Part shown: positions 14,550-24,172 of the stretch, piece after piece
How positions within the stretch are numbered: position 1 is the first letter of the stretch
Layout of the letters: every line of letters begins with the position of its first letter
Virus record (IMG/VR): IMGVR_UViG_3300032237_000052
Location: 1-26,295 of that record
From: a virus
Lineage: Duplodnaviria; Caudoviricetes
Reading direction: 5' to 3' (one strand)
DNA length: 26,295 bases
Position numbers and translations under genes: made by a program
Notes under the pieces: generated by a model
Databases searched by the model: none
The model's input: only the letters and a program-made list of their open reading frames with translations
Told to the model about the DNA's origin: nothing

Positions 14550-16478
14550 GTGGCTAAATACGGTAATTTTGTTTATGGTGGCGCAACCTACGGTGAAACA
14601 AGAAAACTTGCTTACTCTGTTGACCCGATGGATGTTGTTATCCTATCGTTTTCTACAGCATACGTCACTTGGTATTCGCCGTCTGGAAACTTTAGTCGAA
14701 TAAGACTTGTTCGCAATCAAATTGGTTTTCCCGAAACATCAGAAGACGGTGTAATTATTTGGGAAGAGTACGCCACAGAAGGAACTGTATCGAGATCCTC
14801 TTTTGTTGACGGAGTAGATAATCCAGATAGCATCGGAATTGTTTCTGGACGTCCTATTTACTATTCAATGTTCTTATTCACCGATCAAAAAGTTTGGGTT
14901 AATGCTGGAAAAATATCTGACATTGTTCCTGGAAACCATGATTCTCAAAAAAGAGTTATGGATATTATTCCTAAAGTCTATACAAGCGCCATCCAAAGTC
15001 CATTAGGAGTTACAGATGAAACATCTGCCCTCTATTCATTTATGGATGGTATTTCCTTTACTTACGAACAACTCATAACGGAATTAGATCTACTTCGTCC
15101 AGTTCACTCTTCTGATATTTCTTCTTATCTTCTGTTACCAGTTGAAACAGCAAATGTTGGTTTAGACCAAGAACCAAACATCCCAATTAAAAATCAAAAA
15201 CGTTTAATACGTGAAGCCTTTTATATGTACAGCCACAAAGGTTTAAAGGGTGGTCTAGAAACTTACTCAGAGTCATTGACTGGATATGCTCCCACGATTA
15301 CTGTGTCTTCTAATCTTTTGCTTACAGTTCAAGACTCTACTTTTTACGAATCTTTAGGTAATTGGTTGTTTACCGATGCAACTGCGGAAACAACTGACGA
15401 ACAGGTGCCCGCAGGTGGAACAAAAATTATCGATAACATTTACTCCTGTAAAGTAACTGCAACTGGTGCTTTTACTATGACACTTGGTGGAGACGCTCCA
15501 ATTACAAAGGGAGTACCTATTAAAGCAGGCAGTGAGTACACCACTTCCTGCCAAGTTAAGTCCCCCACTAGTGCTGGCAGCATAACTCTTACTGTTAAAT
15601 GGTATGACGGAAAAGCAACGTACATCAGCAGTTCTGCTTCTACAAGCACCGCTGCTAACAACACTTGGAAAACCGTAAAGGTAACCGCAACTGCACCTAC
15701 TGATGCTGTCTACGCTGTTCTTGTCATTACGTCTAGTGCAAGCGGTGTCTACTACATTGATGAGGTATGCCTTCAATTAGGAAACACAGTTACTTATGAT
15801 GAAGCAAGAGCAATAACTGTATTTCTTGATTCAAATAAAACTAATTACATTAAGAACCCTTCTTTTGAAGTAAACGCTACAGATAGTTGGACCGTTAATG
15901 GAGCAACAGTTACACGTGACTCTGATGTATCAGATCTTGCCTACTCAGGAACTAAAAGCGCCAAGATAGTTGCAACAGGTGCTTGGACATTTACTTCTAA
16001 TACTTTTCCAATTACAACTGGTAAGTACTACACAGCCTCTGGTTTAGCAAAGACAACTGCTAATTTAACCGTGTCATTTATTGCAAGAGATTCAATGGGA
16101 GACATTGTAGAGACAGTAGATACATACTTATTAGGGACATTTACTAATTGGGCAAAGTTTCAAGCAACAGATTTAGTAGGAGCAACCACTGCGGTTACAT
16201 ACGAAGTTGTATTCTCTGGTGGATCAGGAACTTATTATTTAGATTGTTTGCAGTTTGAGAAGGGTATTTCTCCTTCAGAGTACTTCGATGGATCTCTACC
16301 GTCTAATTTTGGAGCGGTATGGGAAGGAGTACCTGACAATTCTTACACACAACTATACGTAAACAAGCCTTTCAAAGTACCTCGTTTAGCATTAACCATG
16401 AATGACTGGGTACCTCCTAACTCTTTCTGGAGATTACAAACCTATGATGGAGTGGAATATACCAACCTAACGGTGTAG
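14550..16478 (+). CDS. baseplate wedge (P2 gpI-like) fused to carbohydrate-binding modules
   Basis: RLIREAFYMYSHKG gpI-like segment followed by two beta-sandwich CBM-like repeats (NLL...STF; NYIKNPSFE...W). Confidence 0.7.
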   Translation: MAKYGNFVYGGATYGETRKLAYSVDPMDVVILSFSTAYVTWYSPSGNFSRIRLVRNQIGFPETSEDGVIIWEEYATEGTVSRSSFVDGVDNPDSIGIVSGRPIYYSMFLFTDQKVWVNAGKISDIVPGNHDSQKRVMDIIPKVYTSAIQSPLGVTDETSALYSFMDGISFTYEQLITELDLLRPVHSSDISSYLLLPVETANVGLDQEPNIPIKNQKRLIREAFYMYSHKGLKGGLETYSESLTGYAPTITVSSNLLLTVQDSTFYESLGNWLFTDATAETTDEQVPAGGTKIIDNIYSCKVTATGAFTMTLGGDAPITKGVPIKAGSEYTTSCQVKSPTSAGSITLTVKWYDGKATYISSSASTSTAANNTWKTVKVTATAPTDAVYAVLVITSSASGVYYIDEVCLQLGNTVTYDEARAITVFLDSNKTNYIKNPSFEVNATDSWTVNGATVTRDSDVSDLAYSGTKSAKIVATGAWTFTSNTFPITTGKYYTASGLAKTTANLTVSFIARDSMGDIVETVDTYLLGTFTNWAKFQATDLVGATTAVTYEVVFSGGSGTYYLDCLQFEKGISPSEYFDGSLPSNFGAVWEGVPDNSYTQLYVNKPFKVPRLALTMNDWVPPNSFWRLQTYDGVEYTNLTV

Positions 16479-16488
16479 GCTCCAGGTC

Positions 16489-16758
16489 ATGATTGACCTA
16501 CTTATCACCATAGTTATTGCTGGAGTTGCAGTTACATACATCATAGAGTTCATTGAACTCATTACTGCAGGTATGTTTGGTGTCCCTCTCCTCAATAAAT
16601 TCTTAACACTTCCATTAAGTTTTGGCGCTTTAATTTCCCAAAACTCTTTAGGTATGCAGTTCATAGTTGCAGTACCTGCTATTGCTACAGTTGCATTGCT
16701 GTTGAGCAAGTACTTAAATAAGCCAAGGGTTGTACAACAACGACTACCACGACTATAG
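16489..16758 (+). CDS. membrane protein, putative holin
   Basis: About three hydrophobic segments and a basic C-terminus; at the end of the structural module. Confidence 0.5.
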   Translation: MIDLLITIVIAGVAVTYIIEFIELITAGMFGVPLLNKFLTLPLSFGALISQNSLGMQFIVAVPAIATVALLLSKYLNKPRVVQQRLPRL

Positions 16759-16767
16759 GGGCACACT

Positions 16768-17352
16768 ATGAAACGAGTTATCCTTTTAACATTTGATCCA
16801 AGTGCTGATGTGTACTACCCGCTTGTAGAATTACTCGGCAAAGAAGATGTGAGTGAAGTTCTTATTCCAGTAATTACTAGAGGAATATTTACAGAAACAG
16901 CAATCAATGCAGTTAAAGAGCAGGGTATAGATTACAAAATCTACCTCGATGTTGAGACCACCATGGATGGATTAGAAGATGATGCAGATGTAATTACTGT
17001 CTGTGTTAATCCGATCAAGGAGTTACTTAACCTCATTACTCCAGATGACATCCTTGCCATGGCGTGGGATGACTCTGATGAGGCACACATGACCCTGCAC
17101 TCCCTGGAAGATTTTGGCCTTGAGATGTGGAACATCAGGGGGACACTCAACCCCATCGAGATGGACTTTACTGAGGACACCACAGAGGAACTCTTTGATG
17201 CAATGCAGGAGAGTCTGACATCCTTCATCGAGGTCTTCTCTGCCTACATAGCCTCCTCAGTTCTAGACACCTTGACGGACACCATAACGGCTCGTCTGGA
17301 GGAGGAGTTAGGTTCCAAGGACATCAACCCATTCGGTGACGACACGCCGTGA
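16768..17352 (+). CDS. highly acidic hypothetical protein
   Basis: D/E-rich 194-aa ORF; GTGA overlap with the next gene. Confidence 0.75.
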   Translation: MKRVILLTFDPSADVYYPLVELLGKEDVSEVLIPVITRGIFTETAINAVKEQGIDYKIYLDVETTMDGLEDDADVITVCVNPIKELLNLITPDDILAMAWDDSDEAHMTLHSLEDFGLEMWNIRGTLNPIEMDFTEDTTEELFDAMQESLTSFIEVFSAYIASSVLDTLTDTITARLEEELGSKDINPFGDDTP

Positions 17353-18326
17353 GAATCCCACACGAGGCGTACACAGCCGATCTGACCGATTATCAGTTCC
17401 GACTCCTAGCCACCATATGCCATTTAGCGGGCTCTGAAGGCCGTATACAGGCCTCAGCAGCCCAACTAGGTATATCGACTGGCAACGTCCATGAGAGGAC
17501 CGTCCGTAGGGGCCTTATCGCCTTGGAAGAGGCTGGCTTCATCAAGCGAACTCGGACCAAGAGAGCCAACGGATACCGAGGGATAGACTTACTGGACATT
17601 ACAAGCCCAAGCGGAACGCTAGAGTCCACTAACCTAGAGGACACAAATGTCCGCACCTCACATGACTATAAGTCACGTAGCCATATTACTAATAAGCCAT
17701 TAGTACCTAATAGCAAAGATAGTAATCAATTAAAAGATATTAGAAACACCGAAGGTGTTTCAATGAAAGAGATACGAGTACCTATGAGAAAATGGGAAGA
17801 TGATTCAGACAGTCTTGCAGGTTTCGGCCTTGTTGAGGAGCGGGATGCTGTTCAGCCGAAGATCCGCAAGTCAGACCCAAAGACCAGAGGCAAGCGACCT
17901 GAGCATGAATGGACTCCCATGGACGTCGCTGCTGAATTCTCATATCGAGTTGGTAAACGCTACCCGCTCCTCCCAGGCACCGTTAACGTCCGCCAGTTGT
18001 CAGGAGCCCTCAGTAAGTTCCGCAAGCAGTACCAAACCACAGCCCTAGTCGAGTTGGAACTGCTCAAACTGTTTATGGCAGATGAGCGCAACTTCCAAAA
18101 CATTGGCGATGAAGCCCCGCACCTCTACAAGTTGTACCTAGCATCCTTTGGTAAGAAGATGAACCAGGCCCGTGAAAATTTGGGGCTCAACAAAGTCAAT
18201 GCTAAGGTCGATACATCTGTTAAGGTCTCGACCCTAACTGCCAGTGATGGCAAGGTCTTCCAGAACTCATTGTCTGGTCGTGCACAGTTAGAACGATACG
18301 AGAAGAAGTTGGGAGCAACGCAATGA
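17349..18326 (+). CDS. HTH replication initiator/replisome organiser-like protein
   Basis: N-terminal winged-HTH (ASAAQLG...ERTVRRGLIALEEAGFIKR), polar linker, upstream of a DnaC-like ATPase. Confidence 0.7.
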   Translation: MRIPHEAYTADLTDYQFRLLATICHLAGSEGRIQASAAQLGISTGNVHERTVRRGLIALEEAGFIKRTRTKRANGYRGIDLLDITSPSGTLESTNLEDTNVRTSHDYKSRSHITNKPLVPNSKDSNQLKDIRNTEGVSMKEIRVPMRKWEDDSDSLAGFGLVEERDAVQPKIRKSDPKTRGKRPEHEWTPMDVAAEFSYRVGKRYPLLPGTVNVRQLSGALSKFRKQYQTTALVELELLKLFMADERNFQNIGDEAPHLYKLYLASFGKKMNQARENLGLNKVNAKVDTSVKVSTLTASDGKVFQNSLSGRAQLERYEKKLGATQ

Positions 18327-18466
18327 TTTTAGATACAGGGACAATGCTTGCAATCATGATTGCATTGGTTGCATCATGTGGCTTGATGATATTTACGATG
18401 ATGGAAAATCATGAACTACGCAAAACGATTACGTACCTACTGAAGAAAGAAGATAACAATGGCTAA
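18323..18466 (+). CDS. 47-aa single-pass membrane peptide
   Basis: Manual translation MILDTGTMLAIMIALVASCGLMIFTMMENHELRKTITYLLKKEDNNG*; ATGA overlap upstream and overlap with ATG 18459. Confidence 0.65.
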   Translation: MILDTGTMLAIMIALVASCGLMIFTMMENHELRKTITYLLKKEDNNG

Positions 18467-18785
18467 GAAAGTCGAAGCAACATTTGTAGCAACAATCACT
18501 TTGAACACTGAGAAGGCTGGCGGATGGCTTGCTATCGTCAGTGCACAGCGCTCTGCTGGTGAGTCAGTCAACTCAATGCAACCTGCAGAAGGCATCAGCG
18601 AATACACAGCGTGGAAGAATGCATCTGCTGCAAAGCGTTGGGTCAAGGAGCAGGTCTTGAAGCACACACCTCGCAAGTCAGTCAAGATGGTTGCAACTGG
18701 AGCACTCGATGCAAAGGGTAAGCCAGCAGCATTTGCTGGATCGTTAACCTTCAAGGTTGACAACACTTTCACATTCACTAAGTAA
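18459..18785 (+). CDS. hypothetical protein (108 aa)
   Basis: ORF track; coupled within the operon. Confidence 0.75.
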   Translation: MAKKVEATFVATITLNTEKAGGWLAIVSAQRSAGESVNSMQPAEGISEYTAWKNASAAKRWVKEQVLKHTPRKSVKMVATGALDAKGKPAAFAGSLTFKVDNTFTFTK

Positions 18786-18803
18786 CAATCCTGAGGGGGG
18801 ATC

Positions 18804-19526
18804 ATGTACGACATCAATACGCTATCTGCGATTAAGAAGCACTGGCTACTTCGTACTTCAAATATCCCACGTCGATTTCTAGGTCTTGAGCCACAAGACA
18901 TAATCGACAGGGCTGGGGAGTTTCCTAGTGAGGTTGCGACGTGGATCGATGATGCGGTTGGTGGTCATGTGGTTAAGCAGATTGGCAACATTGGTATCAA
19001 CGGTGTTGGACTATTGTTTGATGGAGGTCCAGGAATTGGAAAGACTACTCACGCAGTAGTTGCTGCTATGGAGTTTGTTCGCAGACTTCCTGACAATGAT
19101 GCAGAGGCCGCAAAGATTCTTGGATTGACTATCTCAGACTACGGGTTACGTACTCGTCCGATTTATTACATGACATACCCAGAGTTCTTATCACGTAAAA
19201 AGTCCACCTTCGATGCGGATCACGATGATAAGCGCAATATGATCTATGAACTTGATGGCTTTCACGGACGCTCGAAGTTGGACTTCCTTAATGTTCGCAT
19301 ACTTGTGATTGATGATCTTGGTAAAGAGTATGGAAGTAAGTATGACGATAGTTCATTTGATGAAATTCTTAGATTAAGATACGACAAGTCCCTACCGACA
19401 ATCGTAACTACAAATGTTAGACTGGAAGATTGGGAAGCGGAGTACAAAGAAGCCATGGCAAGTTTCGCACACGAAGCATTTATACGAGTCCCTATCATTG
19501 GTTCTGACCTGCGAGCAGCACAATGA
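18804..19526 (+). CDS. DnaC/IstB-like AAA+ helicase loader
   Basis: Walker A GGPGIGKT, Walker B LVIDDLGKE and TIVTTN. Confidence 0.9.
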   Translation: MYDINTLSAIKKHWLLRTSNIPRRFLGLEPQDIIDRAGEFPSEVATWIDDAVGGHVVKQIGNIGINGVGLLFDGGPGIGKTTHAVVAAMEFVRRLPDNDAEAAKILGLTISDYGLRTRPIYYMTYPEFLSRKKSTFDADHDDKRNMIYELDGFHGRSKLDFLNVRILVIDDLGKEYGSKYDDSSFDEILRLRYDKSLPTIVTTNVRLEDWEAEYKEAMASFAHEAFIRVPIIGSDLRAAQ

Positions 19527-19831
19527 GAGGTATGAGCATGGAGTCTCCTTGGAGAACCGTTCAAGTCTTTATCTCTGCTCAGGCTGCTGGCATCTTTGAG
19601 GTTGAAGTTGATACTGAAACAAATAAAACACGATGTAATTGTCCTGTGTGGCGTAAGACAGCCTCATGCAAGCACACTTTATTTGTTCAAAACAAGATGC
19701 GATTTAACAAAGGTCACTACTCAATACTTGTTCCAACAGAAATCTCTGAAGACCTAGCGGTAGAGGCAAGCGATGACCCAAAGAAGTTTCGTGACTTTGT
19801 GGTCAGGTACGCTAAAGTAGAGGTCATATGA
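19523..19831 (+). CDS. SWIM zinc-finger protein
   Basis: CNC-x8-CKH motif. Confidence 0.75.
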   Translation: MRGMSMESPWRTVQVFISAQAAGIFEVEVDTETNKTRCNCPVWRKTASCKHTLFVQNKMRFNKGHYSILVPTEISEDLAVEASDDPKKFRDFVVRYAKVEVI

Positions 19832-20244
19832 AAGGCGGGGACATCTCAAATGTCTCCTCTCTTCAAGTTGTTTGTTTAACCGATGTAGTAATTGCATTGG
19901 TTGAAGAAGAGACTAGAAAACTCTTGTCAAAGAAAATTGAATACAAGATTGGCAATATTGATTTACAAAATGCTAACAAGTTATGGAAACTTGCTAATCA
20001 GTACGGGGTTTCTTTAGAACTTGCTGGTTATGCAGATCAAGGTTGGACAGAAGAGTTACTTGAGAAGGCGTTTGATAAATTAGAGAAGCGTGTGGTTAAC
20101 CCATTTAACTACTGGCAACTCTATGATGACCCAGACGAGTTAGTTAGTGGTATCCCATACCGTGCTAATCTACGGGGCGTTATAGATGTCCCAGGAAGAG
20201 TTGCACGATACGGGTCAGCAGGAGTACAAATAGACAATATGTAA
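19828..20244 (+). CDS. hypothetical protein in the replication module
   Basis: ORF track; ATGA overlap. Confidence 0.75.
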   Translation: MKGGDISNVSSLQVVCLTDVVIALVEEETRKLLSKKIEYKIGNIDLQNANKLWKLANQYGVSLELAGYADQGWTEELLEKAFDKLEKRVVNPFNYWQLYDDPDELVSGIPYRANLRGVIDVPGRVARYGSAGVQIDNM

Positions 20245-20257
20245 GAGGGGGCAATGC

Positions 20258-21508
20258 ATGGCATCTGACAACGAACATCGCTTAGTTAGCAAAGTCATTA
20301 GAGATCGTGACATTGTTCCAGCGCTACAACGTGGCGTGACTAATGCGTGGTTCTTAGATGATGACAATAAGAGGGTCTGGGATTTTGTTCGTAAGCATTA
20401 TGGTGAGTACAGCGAAGTACCTACTGCTGTAACAGTTAAAGACCACTATCCAAATTACAAAGTATTAGATGTTCAAGACAATATCGAGTATCTACTTGAC
20501 ACCATTGTTGATTTTCGTCGTCGCCTTCTTACTCGTCAAGGTCTTGAGAATGCAATCGAGCAACTACAAGACAACGATCATGATGCCGCGCTTCTTGCTA
20601 TGGAAGCAACGATCACCAAAGTTAATGAGCAAGGTGTTCTTGGAACTCACGAGATCGATCTTACAAAGAACACAGAGGAACGTTACAAGGAGTATCAATC
20701 CCTACAGAACTCAACCTTATTAGGTATTCCTACAGGCTTTGCAAAGATTGATGAAGCAACTGCAGGACTGCAATCTGGTCAGTTGATCACGATCATCGCT
20801 CCACCTAAAACTGGTAAGTCACAGATCGCATTACAGATGGCAATCAACGTGCACCGTGGTGGAAAGATCCCGATGTTTCAGTCTTTCGAAATGAACAACC
20901 ATGAACAACAGCAACGTCATGATGCGATGCGTGCTCACATATCGCACGGACGTCTGCGTCGTGGAAAGTTATTGCCAGCAGAAGAGACTCGCTATATTGA
21001 CACACTCAACGAGATGGAGAAGGAGCACTCCTTCCATTTGGTAGATGCGGTCAACGGAATTACAGTCTCATCACTTGCTGCAAAGATTGAACAGACCAAG
21101 CCAGACATTGTGTTTGTCGATGGTGTGTACTTGATGCTTGATGAAGTAAGTGGCGAGATGAATACACCACAAGCAATCACTAACATCACTCGTGGGCTTA
21201 AGAGACTAGCGCAAAGAATTCAGAAGCCAGTAATCATTACTACACAGACTCTTCTGTGGAAGATGCGTGCTGGAAAAGTAACTGCTGACTCAATCGGTTA
21301 CTCATCATCATTCTTTCAAGACTCAGATGTAATCCTTGGTCTTGAGCCAGTAGAAGAGGATGAAGAGATTCGTTTGTTAAAGATAGTTGCATCTCGTAAC
21401 TGTGGGCCTAGCGAGACAGCGTTGACATGGCGTTGGGAGACTGGTTGTTTCCACGACGAGGATGAGATGTTGAAGTGTGCTTACTGTTCGAATTGGAATC
21501 GCATGTGA
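20258..21508 (+). CDS. dnaB: DnaB-like replicative helicase
   Basis: APPKTGKS, SFEM, VFVDGVYLM, LKRLA and QDSDVILGL SF4 motifs. Confidence 0.92.
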   Translation: MASDNEHRLVSKVIRDRDIVPALQRGVTNAWFLDDDNKRVWDFVRKHYGEYSEVPTAVTVKDHYPNYKVLDVQDNIEYLLDTIVDFRRRLLTRQGLENAIEQLQDNDHDAALLAMEATITKVNEQGVLGTHEIDLTKNTEERYKEYQSLQNSTLLGIPTGFAKIDEATAGLQSGQLITIIAPPKTGKSQIALQMAINVHRGGKIPMFQSFEMNNHEQQQRHDAMRAHISHGRLRRGKLLPAEETRYIDTLNEMEKEHSFHLVDAVNGITVSSLAAKIEQTKPDIVFVDGVYLMLDEVSGEMNTPQAITNITRGLKRLAQRIQKPVIITTQTLLWKMRAGKVTADSIGYSSSFFQDSDVILGLEPVEEDEEIRLLKIVASRNCGPSETALTWRWETGCFHDEDEMLKCAYCSNWNRM

Positions 21509-22440
21509 TTGATGTAGAGCGTGTTCTTCTTTCCTTAGACCTCCCACTGTATGCACAGCGTGGCATTGAGGTTAATGGCTTGTGTCCAATGCACAAGAAG
21601 CGCACAGGTAAAGAAGACCACAACCCATCATGGTGGATCAACTCCGAGACTGGTGCACACATCTGTTTCTCATGTGGGTACAAAGGTAATGTCTATACAC
21701 TGGTTGCAGACATCAAGGGCATGGATTACCACGAGGCTCGTGAGTATGTAAACGATAAAGAAGACATGCCTATTGATGCTCTGATGAGACGCATTAAGGA
21801 ATTGCCAGAGTACATTCAAGCCGAAGCACATCCGATTGGAATGTCAGAGGCTCGTCTGGCTGTGTATGTTGCTCCGCCAAAAATTGAGTTAAGAAAAAGG
21901 TTTTTGACAGTAGCCGCTGTAGAGACGTGTGGAGTATTGTGGGATGAGAAGAACACTGCATGGATACTTCCTATCAGAGACCCCGATGATTTTTCATTGT
22001 GGGGTTGGCAAGAGAAGGGTGCTCGTGGTCGTTTCTTTCGCAATCAACCTCAAGGCGTTAAGAAATCCAAGACTGTGTTTAACGTGCATGTACTGAAAGA
22101 AGATGAACCACTTATTGTTGTTGAGTCACCATTAGATGCGGTCAGGTTAGTTGGGTTAGGTTACAACGCAATCTCCACCTACGGTGCAATGCCTAGCATT
22201 GATCAAGTAAAGATTATGCGCCGTGCTCCAAGAGTGATTGCTGCATTTGATAACGATATCGCTGGACAGAAGGCGTCAGAAGAGATGCGTGTACATGCTC
22301 GCAAGTACGGCATTGAACTTTCTTACTTCAACTACACAGGTATTGATGTAAAAGATGTTGGCGATATGATTGAGAGTGACATTCATAAAAGCATCGATAC
22401 GGCACGAGACATGATCTACGGCAAGGCGGCATACCTATGA
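21505..22440 (+). CDS. dnaG: DNA primase (CHC2 zinc finger + TOPRIM)
   Basis: CPMH...CFSC, VVESPLDA, FDNDIAG and KDVGD. The likely start is GTG 21505, overlapping the dnaB stop. Confidence 0.9.
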   Translation: MIDVERVLLSLDLPLYAQRGIEVNGLCPMHKKRTGKEDHNPSWWINSETGAHICFSCGYKGNVYTLVADIKGMDYHEAREYVNDKEDMPIDALMRRIKELPEYIQAEAHPIGMSEARLAVYVAPPKIELRKRFLTVAAVETCGVLWDEKNTAWILPIRDPDDFSLWGWQEKGARGRFFRNQPQGVKKSKTVFNVHVLKEDEPLIVVESPLDAVRLVGLGYNAISTYGAMPSIDQVKIMRRAPRVIAAFDNDIAGQKASEEMRVHARKYGIELSYFNYTGIDVKDVGDMIESDIHKSIDTARDMIYGKAAYL

Positions 22441-22610
22441 TGGACTTGCGAGATAAAGATCGCCCTTTACATGTTTGCATCTGCGGATCAATGCTGTGGA
22501 AAGTACAAGCAATGTTTGAGGACGGAGAAATTTCTCTGTACATGCTAGATATGGAGTGCGCCCTATGTGGAACTCTAGCAACTGCGCCAACTGCAATAGA
22601 TAATCAATGA
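22437..22610 (+). CDS. 57-aa zinc-ribbon protein
   Basis: Manual translation MMDLRDKDRPLHVCICGSMLWKVQAMFEDGEISLYMLDMECALCGTLATAPTAIDNQ*; ATGA overlaps at both ends. Confidence 0.8.
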   Translation: MMDLRDKDRPLHVCICGSMLWKVQAMFEDGEISLYMLDMECALCGTLATAPTAIDNQ

Positions 22611-24163
22611 CATTCACAGGAACACTCAAGCCCTACCAGGTAGAGGCTGTAGAGCGCATGGTAGAGCGCAAGAAGATGCTTGTAGCCTACGAGATGGGTT
22701 TGGGTAAGACCTGTATGACTATTGCCTCTGTTGAGGGCTTAAAAGACAACAGTGTAATTACAAAGCCAGTATTAGTTATAGCCCTATCTAGCCTTAAATA
22801 TCAATGGCAGAAAGAGATCCAGAAGTTTTCTGACTCCACGACAACCGTGGTAGATGGCTCTAAAACAGTCCGTACAAAGCGTTGGGAAGAACGTACAGAT
22901 TATGTAATCTGCAACTACGAGACCGTAGTAGGTGACTGGGACCTCATTAAAGATCAGGAGTGGGGCGCTATAGTTTGCGATGAAGCCACAGCGATAAAGG
23001 GTTTTAAATCAAAAAGATCAAAGGCTGTGAAAAAGTTATCTGCCAGTGTACCTATTCGTTTTGCCTTGACTGGAACACCGATTGAAAATGGCAGACCTGA
23101 AGAGGTGTACAGCATCATGCAGTTTGTAGATCCAACGCTTTTGGGTCGCTTTGACTTGTTTGATCAGACCTTTATTGTCCGTAATCATTTTGGTGGAGTA
23201 CAACGCTATCGCAACCTACAGTTGTTTCACGATAAAATGAAAAGTTCTTCCGTTCGAAAGGTTCAGACAGATGCAGATGTTGCCCCATATCTTCCAGACA
23301 CTATTCATCGTGACCCTATGTTTATCTCCCTTGATAAGAAGACTTCGTCGCTTTATAACTTCATCGCAGATGAACTAAGTAACGAACTCTTTGAGGCACA
23401 GCAGTTGCTAGGTGCTAACTTCTCTTTGATGGCTCACTACGGTCATGACAGCAAACCAGGAAGTCCTGCAGATCAATTGCGTGGATCGATTATGTCTAAA
23501 ATAACTGCGTTGCGGATGTTGTGTGATGACCCAAACCTTTTACACAAGAGCGCAAATAAGTTTGATGAACATCTTGGGGAAGGTAGTGCCTACGTCAACA
23601 GCCTAAAGACAAGAGACTTACTTGAAGGAGTAACACGCAACCCAAAATTAGATGCACTGAAAGCATATGTAAAAGATCATCTAGATACAGACCCAGAAGC
23701 AAAGGTAGTTATTTTTACATCTTGGGTAGGGATGTTAGAGAGTATTCAAGACGCTGTTGGTGGAACTTTGTACACGGGGTACATGAATGCTAAGGAGAAG
23801 GAAGCAAGCAAGACCAAGTTCCTAACAGACCCAGAGTGTCGTGTGTTTATATCGTCAGATGCTGGTGGCTATGGTGTAGATTTGCCCATCGCTAACCTAC
23901 TGGTCAATTACGATCTACCTTGGAGTGCAGGACTTGCTGTACAACGCAATGGGCGAATTAAGAGAGCCTCTAGCCGCTGGCCTAGTATCACTATTCAAGA
24001 CATGTTGATTGCCAATTCGATAGAAGAACGCCAGCATGATATGCTCCAACAAAAGAACGCAGTAGCAGATGCGGTTATCGATGGTCAGGGCATTAACGCA
24101 AAAGGTGGCGTCGATCTCACCGTTGGAAGTTTGATAGGGTTCTTACAGAAAGCAAGACCATAG
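22607..24163 (+). CDS. SNF2-family (SF2) helicase
   Basis: LKPYQ, EMGLGKT, CDEAT, LTGTPIEN, GGYGVDL and QRNGRIKR. Confidence 0.92.
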   Translation: MTFTGTLKPYQVEAVERMVERKKMLVAYEMGLGKTCMTIASVEGLKDNSVITKPVLVIALSSLKYQWQKEIQKFSDSTTTVVDGSKTVRTKRWEERTDYVICNYETVVGDWDLIKDQEWGAIVCDEATAIKGFKSKRSKAVKKLSASVPIRFALTGTPIENGRPEEVYSIMQFVDPTLLGRFDLFDQTFIVRNHFGGVQRYRNLQLFHDKMKSSSVRKVQTDADVAPYLPDTIHRDPMFISLDKKTSSLYNFIADELSNELFEAQQLLGANFSLMAHYGHDSKPGSPADQLRGSIMSKITALRMLCDDPNLLHKSANKFDEHLGEGSAYVNSLKTRDLLEGVTRNPKLDALKAYVKDHLDTDPEAKVVIFTSWVGMLESIQDAVGGTLYTGYMNAKEKEASKTKFLTDPECRVFISSDAGGYGVDLPIANLLVNYDLPWSAGLAVQRNGRIKRASSRWPSITIQDMLIANSIEERQHDMLQQKNAVADAVIDGQGINAKGGVDLTVGSLIGFLQKARP

Positions 24164-24172
24164 GGGGAAAAC

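Noticed and set aside
2309-16478. Extracellular contractile injection system or tailocin interpretation
   Set aside because: The components resemble eCIS genes, but the module is contiguous with a phage replication module and an HNH gene, with no eCIS AAA+ ATPase, toxin cargo or host genes.
21475-21504. Upstream start for the primase given by the ORF track
   Set aside because: It lies inside dnaB; GTG 21505 gives the GTGA overlap used throughout the operon.
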